A stretch of 64,000 bases of DNA, taken from assembly GCA_964016885.1 (NCBI GenBank), contig OZ024742.1, positions 255,192,001 through 255,256,000 of the forward strand, written 5' to 3'. A program made the position numbers and the translations under genes. Below are positions 9,575 to 25,081 of the stretch, piece after piece. The notes below the pieces were generated by a model. It did not search any database. It was not told the origin of the DNA and worked only from the letters and a program-made list of their open reading frames with translations. The stretch comes from Eledone cirrhosa (Eukaryota). Each line of letters opens with the position of its first letter. Positions within the stretch are counted from its first letter, which is position 1.

Positions 9575-12500
9575 CCTGGGGTCATCTTGGAAGCAGGGTC
9601 ACCTGCTCAATGACCTCAGGTCACTAAACATAGATGTGGTGGCCATCAGTGAAACCAGAATCTCCGAGGCACGGGCCTTCGCACCGATCATCGGCGGCTA
9701 CGATGTATACGCATCTCCCAGCCGTCCAGGATGGGGGGAGGGGTTGCCGTCCTTTTTCGGAGAGGCTTGGATCTCGCGATACGGGCCATCTTCCTGGACC
9801 CAGAAGGTAAGTCGGTGGTGCTGGACGTGACCGGCAGCGAAGGCAATGCTTTCAGGCTAGTAGCCTTCTACGCCCCAACAGGGGCAGGACGGCCAGATTT
9901 CTTCAGACGTCTAGAGACCTTTCTTGGAACGTCCCGCTCTTTAGTGTTAGTGGGTGACTGGAACGGTATCTTGGATGCACGCTGGGATCGTGTGGGGCTA
10001 GTGGATAGGACAGGAGGGTGCAAGAGCCTCACCAACCTGCTCAGACGTTTTGAACTGTCTGACAGGTATCGACTGGATCACCCGAATGTGAAGATGTGAA
10101 CATGGACAAACCGCATCGGGTCATCCAGATCGTATCTAGATAGGGTATTCTGCAGGGAACTAGATAAGGCTAGTATAGGTTGTCCACAATTTAAAATACT
10201 CGACTACACAGACCACAAATTTGTGATCTGTGAGATCGACATAGACAGACTTCATAGACAAGGGCCTGGTTACTGGAAGCTGAAGGCGTCTTTCCCGGCG
10301 CGCAAGGCCTACAGAGACCGGATTAGCGTATTAGTTAAGCGGGCGTTGACGGGAGCGGTCAACAACAGGTGGTGGTTCGCCCTGAAAAGGGCAATTAAAG
10401 TAGAGTCGATTAGGTTTAGCAAAGGAGTAGTGATAGAGGAAAATAGAGTAGAGGGAGAGCTAGTCAGAAAGCTAGAAGAGGCGTTTAGGACAGGCATCGC
10501 ACCGACGTGCTTGCGGCGAGATTGGCACTCGACTAATTCTTCAACGCAAAACACGAAGGCTGCTCTGAAACACGAGGGGACAAAAGCAGCCAATGGGCCC
10601 GGGTGGCAGAGGCGCGACGTGGCAATAAAGCCACAATTCGGTCTTTGTCTGACCAAAACGGGCGTGTGATGCTCGAACCCGAGCGGATGTGTGAAGCTTT
10701 TCAGCAGCACTTTGCTGAACTGTTCGGGAGCAGCGGCGGCCCGGATCGGGACATGGACTTCAGTGCATACCTCGACGGACTGCCTCGGCTCTCGAGGAAC
10801 CGCAGCACAGTGTTGCGAAAAGTCAATAACAGCCGGTGAAATACGGGAAGCGATGGCTAACTGCACAAGAGGTAAATCGCCAGGTTCAGATGGTCTGCCC
10901 TACGAGCTTTATGCATTTATGCCAGACTTGTTCGGTGACCTCTTGGCAGACGTCTACTGCAACTGGCAGCAGAATGGGAGCATTCCCAGTTTTGTGAGCC
11001 GGGGAGCAGTGGCGCTGCTGAGAAAAGACCCGAAAAAGGGGGATGTTATTGATAATTTCAGGCCCATAACCCTGCTAAACGCAGAGTTCAAGATTTTGGC
11101 CAAGGTGTTAGCAACGAGGTTGGCGCTTGTCGTCAAGGGTCTGGTGGGAGAGGTGCAGACATGCGCCATCCCGGACAGATCCATACACGACAACCTCCAC
11201 CTCATGCGATACATCATAGAGAGGGTGGTTAAGGAAGCTGGCAAGAGTGGAGCCCTGATCAACTTGGATCAATCCAAAGCATTCGATAGGGTCGACCATC
11301 GGTACCTGGCGGCGGTCCTCGAGGCAGTCGGTTTCGGGCCCGTTTGCAGGCGTTGGATCGCAGCAATGTACAGCGACATCTCCTCAGTTTTGAGGGTGAA
11401 CGGTTACCTGTCGCAGCCGTTCAGCATCATGCGCTCAATCTGCCAGGGTTGTCCCCTCTCGTCCCTCTTGTACGTATTGGCTCTCGAGCCGTTACTGCAC
11501 AAACCGGGGGCGATGAGGGGCGCCCCACGCGAAATAGGATGCGGGAAATCCGAGTCGTCTTACGCTGACGACGTCACCGTGGTGGTGTCGAGCACCAGAC
11601 ACGTCCAGATGCTTGGCACCGCTCTCAAGGAATACGAAACGGTGACAGGAGTAAAGATAAACCAGGAAAAGTCGGTGGGCTTGCAGCTAGGCACCTGGAG
11701 AGGCAAGTCCATGCCGTCCGACAGCGTCGTGGGGCGTTGGACGGACGGACCGGTTAAATTGCTCGGCTCTGGTTCGGACCGGACCTCCAGATGGAGAAAA
11801 ACTGGAACGAGGTGACGAGCAGGGTGGCCTCCCTCACCCAGAAATGGGCTGAGAGGAAGCTGTCCCTGAAAGGCCGGGCGGAAGTGGCGAATGCGTACAT
11901 CGCATCCGTCATCTGCTATCGCCTCACCGTCGTCCCTTGCTCCAGCCCAACTCTCACCAAAATGGAGCGCCTCCTTTTCCGCTTTTTGTGGAAGGGACGC
12001 GCTCCCATGGTCAGACGATCCATCTGCTGTCAACACCCGTTGCGTGGAGGACTGGGCATGCCATGGCTGATGATGCGCAAACATGCGCTGAGGCTGCGAC
12101 ATCTCTGGTGCTTCCTTGATGGTGAACGGCTGTGGTCGCCGTTCGCCAGGCACATTTTCCCACAGCTCGTCTCCTTGACGGAGCTGCAATCCTAGGTCAG
12201 CAAAAGACCGAGGGATAGCGCTTGGAAACTGGAATGTCTCCAGGCGCTCACTGCCTTCTCCCAGTTGGGCACCAGTATTGGTGGAACATCCACCTCGGCG
12301 TTCTATAGAGGACTAGTGGAGGGGAAGAGCGACGACGTTCTCAGAGAGATCCTGGGCGTCGAAGAAGATCAGCTGCTTGCTCTCTTCCGGAGAACTTTCA
12401 GCCCGGGGCCTATGGATAACTTCCAAAAATCCCTGGCCTGGCAGTGCTACCGGAGAGCGCTGCCGGTTCGAGATAAGCTCTACAGGCACGGAAGTGCCGT

Positions 12501-12927
12501 CAGCCGAGCCTGTCCGAGATGCGCGCATAGCGACGAAACCGTTGTGCACGCACTCGTTCAGTGCCCGAGCATTGCTGACTTGTGGAGCTATGTCGAACAG
12601 TTGCTGTCACGTGTGGGACTGATCCGGTTGTCGACTGAGTCCATTGTGCAGATGGTCTCGCCGTCTTCCTTTGAGGAGGAAGGGAAGGCGGTTTTCATCT
12701 GCCTGGTGGCCATGGCGAAAGAGATTGTGTGGTGGACAAGGTTAAAAGGATTAAAGACTAACACTTTCCTCTTCGGCGAATCCCTGATTAACTTTTTCAA
12801 GTTTCACTTGAAGAGGAAAATCAGGGTGGAGAGGCAAGTGCTTCTTTCTAGCAAGTTTGTTGAAAGGTGGGTGAATGTAGCGAGAATGGTCCGAGTGAAC
12901 GGGACCGCTCTGAATATACGTCTGTAG
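9537..12927 (+). pseudogene. LINE ORF2 (APE-RT-CCHC), multiple frameshifts/stops
   Basis: MAVLRIGSINAR start, GDWN, YADD, CPRCAHSDETVVHALVQC; split across about 6 ORF fragments. Confidence 0.9.
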
Positions 12928-13214
12928 TTTGAGAGATGGAAGAATTGAGAGAGGGCGCTTGCCCTGGTAGTCAGGGTGGCCGTGGTCTTTTGTGTGGTTT
13001 TCGCCACGAGTAACCCTCGGAGGTTTCCCCCCTATTGGGGAATTTTTCATTGTTTCAATTTTCATTTTATTGTTTATATATATATGTTTTATGTCTTTTA
13101 TCTTTTCTTATATAAATAATAAAAATATTTACACGCACAAAACCCACATCGCACCGTCCTGTTCAGTCTGTGATGTTTTTCTTGATGTCAGCCCTTGTGG
13201 CCAATAAAGAAATC

Positions 13215-13240
13215 ATTATTATTATTATTATTATTATTAT

Positions 13241-13290
<50 letters not shown>

Positions 13291-13291
13291 T

Positions 13292-13360
<69 letters not shown>

Positions 13361-13482
13361 CAGCAGCAGTAGTAGTATCAGCAGCAGCAGTAGTAGTAAC
13401 AGCAGCAGCAGTAGTAGTAACAGCAGCAACAGTAGTAGTAGTAGCAGCAGCCGCAATAGTAGTAGTAGTAGTAGTAGTAGTG
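13215..13482 (+). repeat. Compound microsatellite (ATT)n-(AGT)n-(AGC)n
   Basis: Directly visible. Confidence 0.97.
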
Positions 13483-14619
13483 ATACCATCCAGGACTACA
13501 TATACTGGGGTGCACGGTTGTAATAATAGCAGCAGCTATCGCAGTATGATTGATACTAGTGTCAGTGTGGTTTCCTTGAGTGTCATTTATGTATTTCCCT
13601 GGGCTCAACTTTTAGGAGTGCTTGCTTCAGACACATTAACCCTTTAGCATTTGCTTTACTCTATATTTACCATTATATTTTCATGGTAAAGGCTTTATCT
13701 CACATAATTATCTCACATAATATTGAATCTGTGAGATTTTTATATTATTTATTTTGAGTACTATACCTTAACATCAGTATGAGCAGTCGGTTACAGCCTG
13801 TTTGAACAGAAAGAGATGAGAGAATTCTAGCCAGATATGGCTGGTTTAAAGGCTAAAGCGTTAATGTACTTGTTCAGCTGTGGCAGAGGTGCATTCCATT
13901 GTCTATATGACGGTAGCCTTGAACTTTTGAATTCATGGAACAAGAAGTGTAAACATAAAGGCATAAGACATGTAGGAGAAACCTGAAATAGTGAACCGTG
14001 AGTTATGAAATACTAATATATGAAGCAATACCACTTAAGATAGAGAAGGGCAAATACTTATATATCATTTTTTATGCATTGATCTTGATTATACGAATTT
14101 TCACTTAACATTATTTGAATAGTTTATGGTTGGTTTTCTACAGCTGTATGCCTTTCCTAAAGCCAACCACATTGACAGTGTGTGCTGCGTGCTTTTTGCC
14201 ATGTCTTTCACGCATCCACTTTACACTGTGGGCTGCATGTTTGGGGGATGGTTTGCTATGGTTGGATATATTTGATTATATATATTTAATGCAATGAAAT
14301 ATCTATGATCGTCGGCAAATCACTGATGAGGGACTCATTTTATTACATGTTATCCATGCGCTACCTGCAGTATTTTTCTCCATATTTTATTATATATATA
14401 ATTGAATATACAAGAGAGATAAACACAAATATAAACATACATGTGTTCGAAATGTAAAGGACCAAGTTCACTAGGGTGAAAAAAATACTAACTATAACAA
14501 TATGGTTTGCCAGACTTAATTTAAAATAATAAATCAAGAAAAAGAAGAACAAACCTATATTGGGCCTGAAACACCTAGACAGCTATCAGAAGAGACTATT
14601 TTGAGTTTCTAACTCAATA

Positions 14620-14674
<55 letters not shown>

Positions 14675-14980
14675 TTAGCATATGTATCACAAAAACATCC
14701 AACCCACACTGTAAAGTGGTCATGGGGTCAGGAAGAGCATCCAGCCATAGAAATCCACCCAGAAACAGTCCTATATGAGTGAGACATGGTCACTTGACCC
14801 AACTTGCCTCTAATGGGACAAACCCTTCTAATCTATGTTAGCAAGGAAAATAAATGTTAAACGATGATTAAGATATGTATATGTATATAAATCTGTACAT
14901 ATATATACATACATACTTGCACACATATACATGCACACTTATATACATATACACACTCATACACACACACACACACACAC

Positions 14981-16500
<1,520 letters not shown>

Positions 16501-17571
16501 CACACACACACATGTCTATATGTATGAGTGTGCACATGTTTGTGTGTCACATCAGCGTGTGATTTAGGTTTGAATTGAGACCTAGAAAAAATACAAATAA
16601 AGAAATAAAAGAACATTACATTTGCTTAACAACAAAGAATGAAAGAATTATATTATGACTTATTCTACTAAAACCTGATATTCCTTCTTCTCCTCCATAC
16701 ATTTACTATGTCAATGTTTGATTTGATGGTCGCACTGACAACAGTGATTTTACTCTACAAATATTCACAACATTCTCGATATTTACAGTAATATAATGCA
16801 TCATTTCGACATTTTCTCATCACTTTCACCTCACATTTTTATTGTATTTTCCATTTTCAGATGTCAAATTCTCGTGACAGGCCACTTCCATCCCGTCATA
16901 ATAAAATCCTTTACAGAAGACACCTACAACTCAAAGGCCAGACTGCCAGGCCTTCTGCTGTTATTATCATGCTTGTTTATATATTGTGAAGGTGCATGAC
17001 TTAGTGGTTATAGTGTTTGCCTAATGATCGTAGAGTTTGACTTTATTTCATAATGCTCCAGCTGCCAAAAATGGTTAGACTTATGATAATAATAATAAAA
17101 TTATTGTGTACAGTGCACAGGTGCATTACAACTCATCAAAGGTGCATGTGTAGTACATAGGAAAATGTGTCATGCCTAATCTCCCTGAGATACACATGTC
17201 TTTGGAATAATCAGTTGCACTATAGACTGTACCTGTTATTTAAATGGCCAGCCTTATCATACACTGTATCATGCTGAATCTCCCTGAGAAATATATTAGG
17301 TGTGCACGTGTCTGTGGAATACTCACTTATGGGTTATTTGATTTCATGAGTAGGCTGTTCCATTGATCAAATAACTTGAACACTTATCTTCAGAATTGAT
17401 GGAAGTCCAGCGACAACAACATTTTCAACATAAACAACAACAACTTCTTGTAGGGGTGGCAGTGGAGGATTGGCAAAGTCATTGAAGCATCAGATAAAAA
17501 TGCTTCGCCGTATTTGTTTCAGCTATCTGTCCTCTGAGTTAAAATCCTGCTGAGTTAAACATTAAAGATAT

Positions 17572-17968
17572 CATCATCATCATCATCATCATTTCATTTT
17601 ACGTCCGCCTTTTCCGTGCTTGCAAGGGTGGGACGGGGACTGATTCTAGCTTGATTTCTACAGCTGGATGCCCTTCCTAACATCAACCTCATTTACAGTA
17701 AGTGCTGGGTGGTTTTTGCTGTGGCACCTACACGTCCACTTTACAGTGAGTGCTGGGTGTTTTTTTGCCGTGGCATCTACACGACCACTTTGCAGTGGAA
17801 TGATAGGGATCCCAGTCCCTATCATCTCATTTCTACAGCTGAGTAAATTGGAGCAATGTGAAATAAAGTGTCTTGCTCAAGGAAACAACACATCACCCGG
17901 TCTGAGAATTGAACTCACAACTTTTCAATTGCAAGGCCAATGCTCTAACCACTAAGCCCTGTGTCTCC
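17572..17968 (-). mobile_element. tRNA-headed SINE family B with RTE-like 3' tail and (GAT)n end
   Basis: Reverse-complement homologue of 36758-37198; CCTTGAGCAAGACACTTT core. Confidence 0.75.
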
Positions 17969-18439
17969 ATATATCTATATATATATGTATCTATTGTTAT
18001 ACTTTGGGAGGGTTATGCTGCCAATATAATATATATATCATCATCACTGTTTAATGTCTATTTTTCCATGCTGGCATATGTTAGACGAGTTAACCTGTTG
18101 TGAGCAATTCCAGGTCAAGTGACCATATCATGCTCATACTGAACCCATTTTGGCTTGGTTTCTACAGCTGGATGTTCTTCCTAGCGTCAACCTCATTTAC
18201 AGTGAGTACTGGGTGCTTTTTCTCATGTCGCCTACACAACCACTTTTCAGTATGGACTGGGTGCTTTTTACTGTGATACCTACATGACCACTTTACAGTG
18301 AGGGCTGGGCGCTTTTGGCCATGTCACCATAACAACCACTTTACAGTGCAGGCTGGAGGCCTCACTGGATGTACACTTCAGCTTGTCCTCATGGGAGATG
18401 CATGGGAGTGGGTGGAGTGGTACATACTATACATATGCT

Positions 18440-19942
18440 TCATCTTCGGCCTGTGCCCATGGGAAGTCGGGTATTCTGTATTACTGCCTGAGATCTCAAT
18501 CCTGTGTTATTGCCTTTGAGAAGTGCAATTGGGCAAGGTCAGCTTTTATCACCTCGCTCCAAATCTTCCTGGGCTTCCATCGACTTTGAGCTCTCTGCAC
18601 ATTTTTATACAGTTGCCATCCTTCATACGCATCACATGTCCATACCCACACAATTTCCTCTCCTGCACACTGCATCTAATTCCTCTTATGCCTAGTTTCT
18701 CTCTCAGTACGTTTATGCTTTGCCATTCACATATATTACTATTACACATCCATTGGAGCATGCAAGCTTCATTCCTTTCCAATCTATGCAAATCTTCTGC
18801 ACACAGCGCCCAGGTCTCACTACCATGCAACATTGCTGTTCATATGCACACATCATACAGTCTGCCTTTCATGTTTATGGGAAAACGATTTGTAGCTAGC
18901 AATAGTAGTAGCTCCTGTCCTTACTCCCTTACACTGGCTACTGTACTTTCAGAACACCCACCTCCACTGCTGATTTGGTCATTTAGGTAGCAGAAGCTGT
19001 CTACTGCTTTTACTGAACCTTCTCAGAATTAGATAGCACTTGTTTCCTGTGGTCGTTTGCTACTTACTGCTCTACGTTCCTAACTAAACTACCTGAGAAC
19101 CCATTACATCGCTTGAGTACCCATAGTTTGCATTTGGGAGAGTGGATGGAATTTTTACCTACGCTTTTCCTACATCCTTCTTGGACCTTAGTCATTGACA
19201 GGTTGACTTTAAGACCTTTGTTTCTAGACCATGCTTCCAGGTTTGGAATTTTTTCTCTAATTCTGCCATAGATTCAGCTATGAGTGTAAAATCATCAGCA
19301 TACAGGAGTTCCCATGGGCAGCCAGTCTTAAACTCCTCTGCTATAGCCTGCAGAATGATATACAGGAGAGGGCTAAGAACAAAGCCCTGGTAGACACCAA
19401 CCTGCATGCTAAACTACAATTGTTGATAATCCTAACTTTCCTGACTGCTCCCCTATACATGGCTTGTACAGCCTTCAGAAGCCCCTTATCTACTCCTAGT
19501 TTTATAAGAGGCCACCAGATTATGGTATAGGGGATTTGTCAAAAGTTTTCTCCAGATCAACATATGCCAGGCAGAGCGACTTTTAGTTTGGTACTCCTCC
19601 TGTAGCTGCTTCACAAGGAAGAGAGCATCTATGTTGATTTTACCTGGCATAAATCCAAACTGTATCTCATCTGAGTCAATCCAGTCCCTAATCAGTTGTG
19701 CTATAACTTTCTGTTACTTTCATGACCTGGTCCATCAACTTGATGCCTATATAGTTTCCTCTATCTAATGCATCTCCTTTACCCTTGTAGCAGTTGACAA
19801 TGATGCTGTTGTGCCAGTCATTCGGTATGACACCATTTAGTATTACTTGGTTTACAATACGAATAGTTAAGGTGTGACCGTCTGATCCAGATGCTTTCAG
19901 CATCTTGGCAACTATCCCTGATGGTCCGGCTACTTTCCCGGT
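18440..19942 (-). mobile_element. RTE-clade LINE fragment (RT and C-terminus), degenerate
   Basis: YKGKGDALDRGNY, GVYQG.VLSPLL, LLYADD, MLHGSETW..RNEA.ML.WMC. Confidence 0.85.
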
Positions 19943-19965
19943 CATATATATATATATATTTATAT

Positions 19966-20039
<74 letters not shown>

Positions 20040-20069
20040 ATATATATAACTGGCAATCTGTCAGTAATA

Positions 20070-20330
20070 ATAAAAGTGTTCCAGTTGATATCGTTATGAA
20101 ATTAATGTAGAAATGGCTGAGCATTCCACAGACACATGTACACTTAACATAGTTCTCAGGGAGATTCAATGTGATACAGAATGGGACAAGGCTGGCCCTT
20201 CGAATTATAGGTACAACTCATTTTTGAAATATAATGTCTTGCTCAAGGACACAATCTGCTGCCAGGAATCAAACCAACACCCTTATGATCATGAGCCAAA
20301 TACCCTAATCACAATACCATGTACCTTCAC
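20070..20330 (-). mobile_element. Degenerate tRNA-headed SINE (related pieces near 16990-17420 and 21595-21720)
   Basis: tRNA-like head with GTGTCCTTGAGCAAGAC; AATCTCCCTGAGAA..TGTCTGTGGAAT segment shared with 17.3 kb. Confidence 0.55.
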
Positions 20331-21311
20331 ACATATATACATAAACACACACACACACACATATACATGCATACATACATACATATATATATAAAGCGGA
20401 CGTAAAATTATGATGGTGATGATGATTATATATATAAATATATATATACATACGTACACTCACACATTTACATACACGCATATAATTCTTTTGTAGAATT
20501 AGTTTTAAGTTTTTGGCAAGCAACTAAAAGAAAGAAAACTATCAAATGTGCTATACTTCTCTATTTCGTCTTATTCTCTCCAGTTGTTCTATAATGCTTA
20601 ATGCTTATAGAGACTTCAGAATATTGTAGCGGAAATATTGTCATTTCAATGATATCAGCATTGTGTTAGTTAGTTTTAACCATATATCATGCAAATTTTT
20701 CTCTAGATTCGCTTGAATTGCCTCATTGAAGATGTAGCATTTGGAGTAAATTAGCAAAATCACCTGTTACATATGCAGATAACTATAGTCATTATCTTCT
20801 TGCTTGTCCTAATGTACCCAAATGAGCTCAGTTATTCTTACATTTATATATTTGCTTTTGTAAAATGTTGAACAAGGAAAAGAGAGACAAATTGATTATT
20901 AAATCAGATAACTTAGTATTTCTACTCAATTACATTACATAATTATGATACAATAACTTAGCAGTTTGACAAAACATGGATCGATAAAATAAGTATCAGA
21001 CTTGAATAGATTAGAACTGAAGTTGATATGATTAACTAAATCAAAGCAGTGCCCCAGAATGGCTGCAATCTGATGACTGAAACCAGTAAACGTTGAATTT
21101 ATAGAGTATTTATAGAGGGAGAAAATATAACACTAGTGGTCTTTAAAATGGAAATGAGATCCCTATCGGGAAGATTTCTTTCTGCAGCTGAAGTTCAATA
21201 CATAGAGATGTCCTGCTAAGTGGTTAATGTGTTGAACTTGCAGTCATAAGGTCATTAGTTCAATTCCTGGAATGGGTGACTTGTTGCATGCTTCAAGTAT
21301 GGCTCTATATT

Positions 21312-21491
21312 AGGGTGGGTTGGGAAGTTCATAGGTTGACTATAATGGAGTGATGCTAGAGCTGTGAAATCTTACATGCATTAATTCCAGCTCTTCTTAT
21401 TAATAGCTGCACTGTTTCTTTCCAGGGACTATGTTGAAAAATAAAACTCATTTTGTCATTCCATGAGAGTATCTTGGTCAGCCTATGAACT
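21312..21491. mobile_element. Mariner-like MITE (~185 bp)
   Basis: Inverted ends AGTTCATAGGTTGAC / GTCAGCCTATGAACT; second copy at 54385-54577. Confidence 0.65.
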
Positions 21492-21977
21492 GTTGTTTTG
21501 TATGATAAGATGAACCATCACAGAAACCTCCAGTCAGATACAACCACACAGAAGACCAGTTAAACCTGCATATAATATAAACTAAATTTCATTTATGAAG
21601 ACATGTGGTCTAGTAGGTAAAGTGTTGGACTCACAAACGCAAGGCCAAGGGTTCAATTCCTGAACCAAATGGCACAATGTGATATGAAGCAAAACACTTC
21701 ATTTCATGTTGCTTTTCATGACAGGAGTGGGACACGTATCCTATAACATACAATCTCATATGAGGCCGGCTATACTTACACAGGTATGAGCTGTGTGAGG
21801 CATCTGTCGTATGCTTCAATTCATATACATAACATGTACCGATGTATATACAGAATTATCAATAATAATTATGATTTTATGTTTGTTTTTCATTGTGGCA
21901 TGGCTACACAGGTTGTCACCCTCTGAAAACAGATGAGTGACAGATCTTGGTACATTCAATAATTTAGCATATATGTG

Positions 21978-22012
<35 letters not shown>

Positions 22013-22474
22013 AGAAGGTGAGTAATATTGTAGAACAATAAAACTATGCATAAATCAGATAAGTAGCACTTAACAGTTGATAGAACTGGAGTATATAGAT
22101 ATATAATCATCATCATCACTGTTTAACATCCATCAGATAAGATGAGCATGTTGTGCTTATACTGCACTGATTTTGGCTTAGTTTCTATGGCTGGATGCCA
22201 TTCCTAACACCAACTACATCTACAGTGTTGACTGGGTAGTTTTTGTTATGACACCTACACGACCACTTTATAGAGTGCGATGGAAGCTTTTTTTCATGGC
22301 CCCAATACGACCACTTTACTGTACGGGCTGGTGGGGGGGTGCATGGTGATAGGAGAGCTAGATGGGGGACGTATCAGTTGAGGGGATGGGGGTAGGAACT
22401 TGGGGGAAGGGTGGAGAGTATAGGGTGGAAAATAAGGGAAAGTGGTGCATATTAAATGCATGATTTAGTCTGTG

Positions 22475-24600
22475 CATAGGGGAAGGCGGGTTTTCTGTAT
22501 AACTGCATAACACCAGAGATCTCGATCATGTGTCCATTATCTTAGAGAGGTGCAGTTGTGCAATGTCATCTTTTATCACCTTAACCCAAGTCTTCCTAGG
22601 TCTTTCTACACCATAGCTTCCATCAACTTCAACTCTGAGCACCCAGCACATTATTATACAGCTGTCATCCATCATATGCATAACATGTCCATACCAACAC
22701 AATCTCCTCTCCTGCACACTGCATGTGATCTTTCTTATGCCCACTTTTTCTCTCAGTTTATTTATGCTTCACTGTTCATGTATATTACTATTGAACATTC
22801 AACAAAGCATGCCAGCTTCATTTCTTTCCAATCTTCACAGGCCCTCTGCGCACAGAGCCCAGGCCTCACTACCATGCAACATGACTGCTCATATACATGC
22901 ATCATACAATCTCCCCTTCATTTTGAGGGTAAAAACCTTTAGTAGCTAGCAGCGAAAGTAAATCCCTGAACTTTTTCCATCCCATCTGCACTCTGGTTAT
23001 CGTACTTTCTGAACACCCACTTCCACTGCTAATTTGGTCACCCAGATAACAGAAGCTATCAACTGCTTCTAAAGAACATTTCAAGAATTTAATAGCATTT
23101 CTTTCCTGTGAGTTATTGTTACATACTGCATTTGTTACTTACGTGTACAATAGCCACATATAAAACCTACATTCTTAGCTAAATTACCTTGGATCCCACA
23201 ACATCACGTGTGCACCCATAGCTTGCATTTGGGACAGTGGATGGAACTTCTACCCTCCTTTTTTTCTACACACTGTGCAGAGCCATTTCCCATAAGGGGT
23301 ATGGGCCTTGTTTTCCTTACTACTTACTAGAACTTTGGTCTTTGCCAAATTGACTTTAAGACCTTTTGGTTCCAGGTTAGCTTCCAGGTCAGGAATTGTT
23401 TTCTAGTTCTTACATGGATTCAACTATATCAGTTAAATCATCAGCATACTGTAGTCCCCAAAGTCATCCTGTTTTAAATGTTTCAGCATCTCAGCAACTC
23501 TACTCAATAGCCATGCTGCTTTGCCTGTTTTCATATCCTTAATTGCCTTAATAACTACACAGCTGCTGACTTGCCCTACTGGTCCCTCTGTAGGGTCTAC
23601 ATGGAGCAAGCTATCTTCCTCCCTTGCATTCTCCTCATTCTTCAGTCTCTTATAATGACACTTTCATGCTGCCTTCTTTTCAGTTTTATTGAGGCAAGTG
23701 TACCATTGTCATTCTGGACACACTTCTCCCCCACAACATCACTATTTTCCTTGACATACTGCCTTGCAATCCTGAACACCTCACGTCTTTGATCCTCTCA
23801 TTGCATGACATGCATAAACTTCTTACTTTCTGCTTCTCTCCTTGCAAAGTATACTTGTCATTATACCTCTCTCTTGGCTACTTGGTAAGGTTCTCTGCTA
23901 CCCCCATTTTGCCATACTTTCCCTGCCTGCCTCTTAGCTTTAAGTAACTCATTCACTCTACTATTCCACCACCAAGTCACTCTGTTACTCCCTAGATTTC
24001 TGCTCCAGCCACATACCTCACATGTGGCTTTCAGTAGATTTTCTTTCAGGAACTCCAACTGATCTACTATATCGTATGTCACTATTTCGTTTACCTTATT
24101 GTCACAAGCGTCAAGTTAGATATTCCTAAATTTGTTATGGGTTGGGGGCTCCTTCAACTTCAATATCTTTCTTATCCAAGTTGCCTTATGTCTGAGTAAA
24201 TCTAGCCCTAATTAGCAGGTTGCTGGTTACTTACTTATGTTGGGAGGTGCATTCATACCTGGGAGGGTCTTGTGTTTCCTACCATTGCTCTATCTATTTA
24301 GCTGGTGTACTCACCTGATCTATAGGTGGTTGTCAGGTTTTTTTTCTATGTGTGTTACAGATCATCAATTCATTAATATCACAGCATTCTAGGAGCCTAA
24401 CACCTTCCTCATTTTTCATACCAAACCCATACCCATCGCGTAACCCGTAGAAACCATTACTGAGTTGTCCAACATGTCCATTTAAATCTCTTTCTATGAT
24501 TAATAGTTCCTTGTCATTTAATAAAGAAGTAGTCTATATTAGGGATTCGTAGAAGTCATCATTTTGTCTGTCTAGTATCCCTGAATGTAGTGCATATTAA
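22475..24600 (-). mobile_element. RTE-clade LINE, degenerate and internally deleted (APE end, linker, RT C-terminus)
   Basis: D(L)NGHVG, TWWWN, SFCYLGDQISSG, ERRLCWYGHV, RPRKTW. Confidence 0.8.
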
Positions 24601-25081
24601 TATATATATATAGATATATATATGTTATGAATAAAGTCTCAACACAGTTGTATGCTAAATAAGGTTTCAAAGCTTACTCTAGCATCGGTCTTAGAGACGG
24701 TGTGTCTGCTAGTGTTACTTATCTTTCAGGCAATACCAAGATGGCCGACAGTATTCACATGAGATCTCATCAAGTGCAAGAGAGGTAATTATAGTGTAAT
24801 AATAATTTTGTGCTTTTGTTTTTCAGGGGTGTAACTCCTGTATTTGTATATTTTTCAATGTATTTATAATTGTTAAAGTGTCTGTATTGTGTATATATAT
24901 ATATATGTGTGTGTATGTGTGTGTGTGTGGGGGGGGGGGGGTGTAATTTTTATGAGTGATTATATGGATTATTGTAGAAAATGTGTGTTTTTTATTACGG
25001 TGTAGAGTATTGTTGAATATTTATATGCTGTGTATTTGTGTACTTGTGAATTTGTGTATCTATGTATATAATATAGAATAA

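Larger units (their letters stand above)
7249..13214 (+). mobile_element. Tx1/L1-group LINE copy 2, apparently full length (~6 kb)
   Basis: 5' UTR, ORF1, overlapping ORF2 and 3' UTR with AATAAA at 13203; clearly homologous to copy 1 but diverged; (ATT)n on both sides. Confidence 0.92.

Noticed and set aside
13163-13647. Poly-Ser/Val/Leu ORFs, and the many YI/HT/CV-repeat ORFs elsewhere
   Set aside because: Translations of microsatellites
14325-14585. CTGATGA...GAAAC as another hammerhead
   Set aside because: Motifs are ~230 nt apart and stems I and III do not pair convincingly; may be a decayed pLTR
24660-24780. Minus-strand TTGATGAG...GAAAC near the Penelope relic (similar weak motif near 27100-27145)
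   Set aside because: Core mutated and stems not supportable; at best decayed ribozymes
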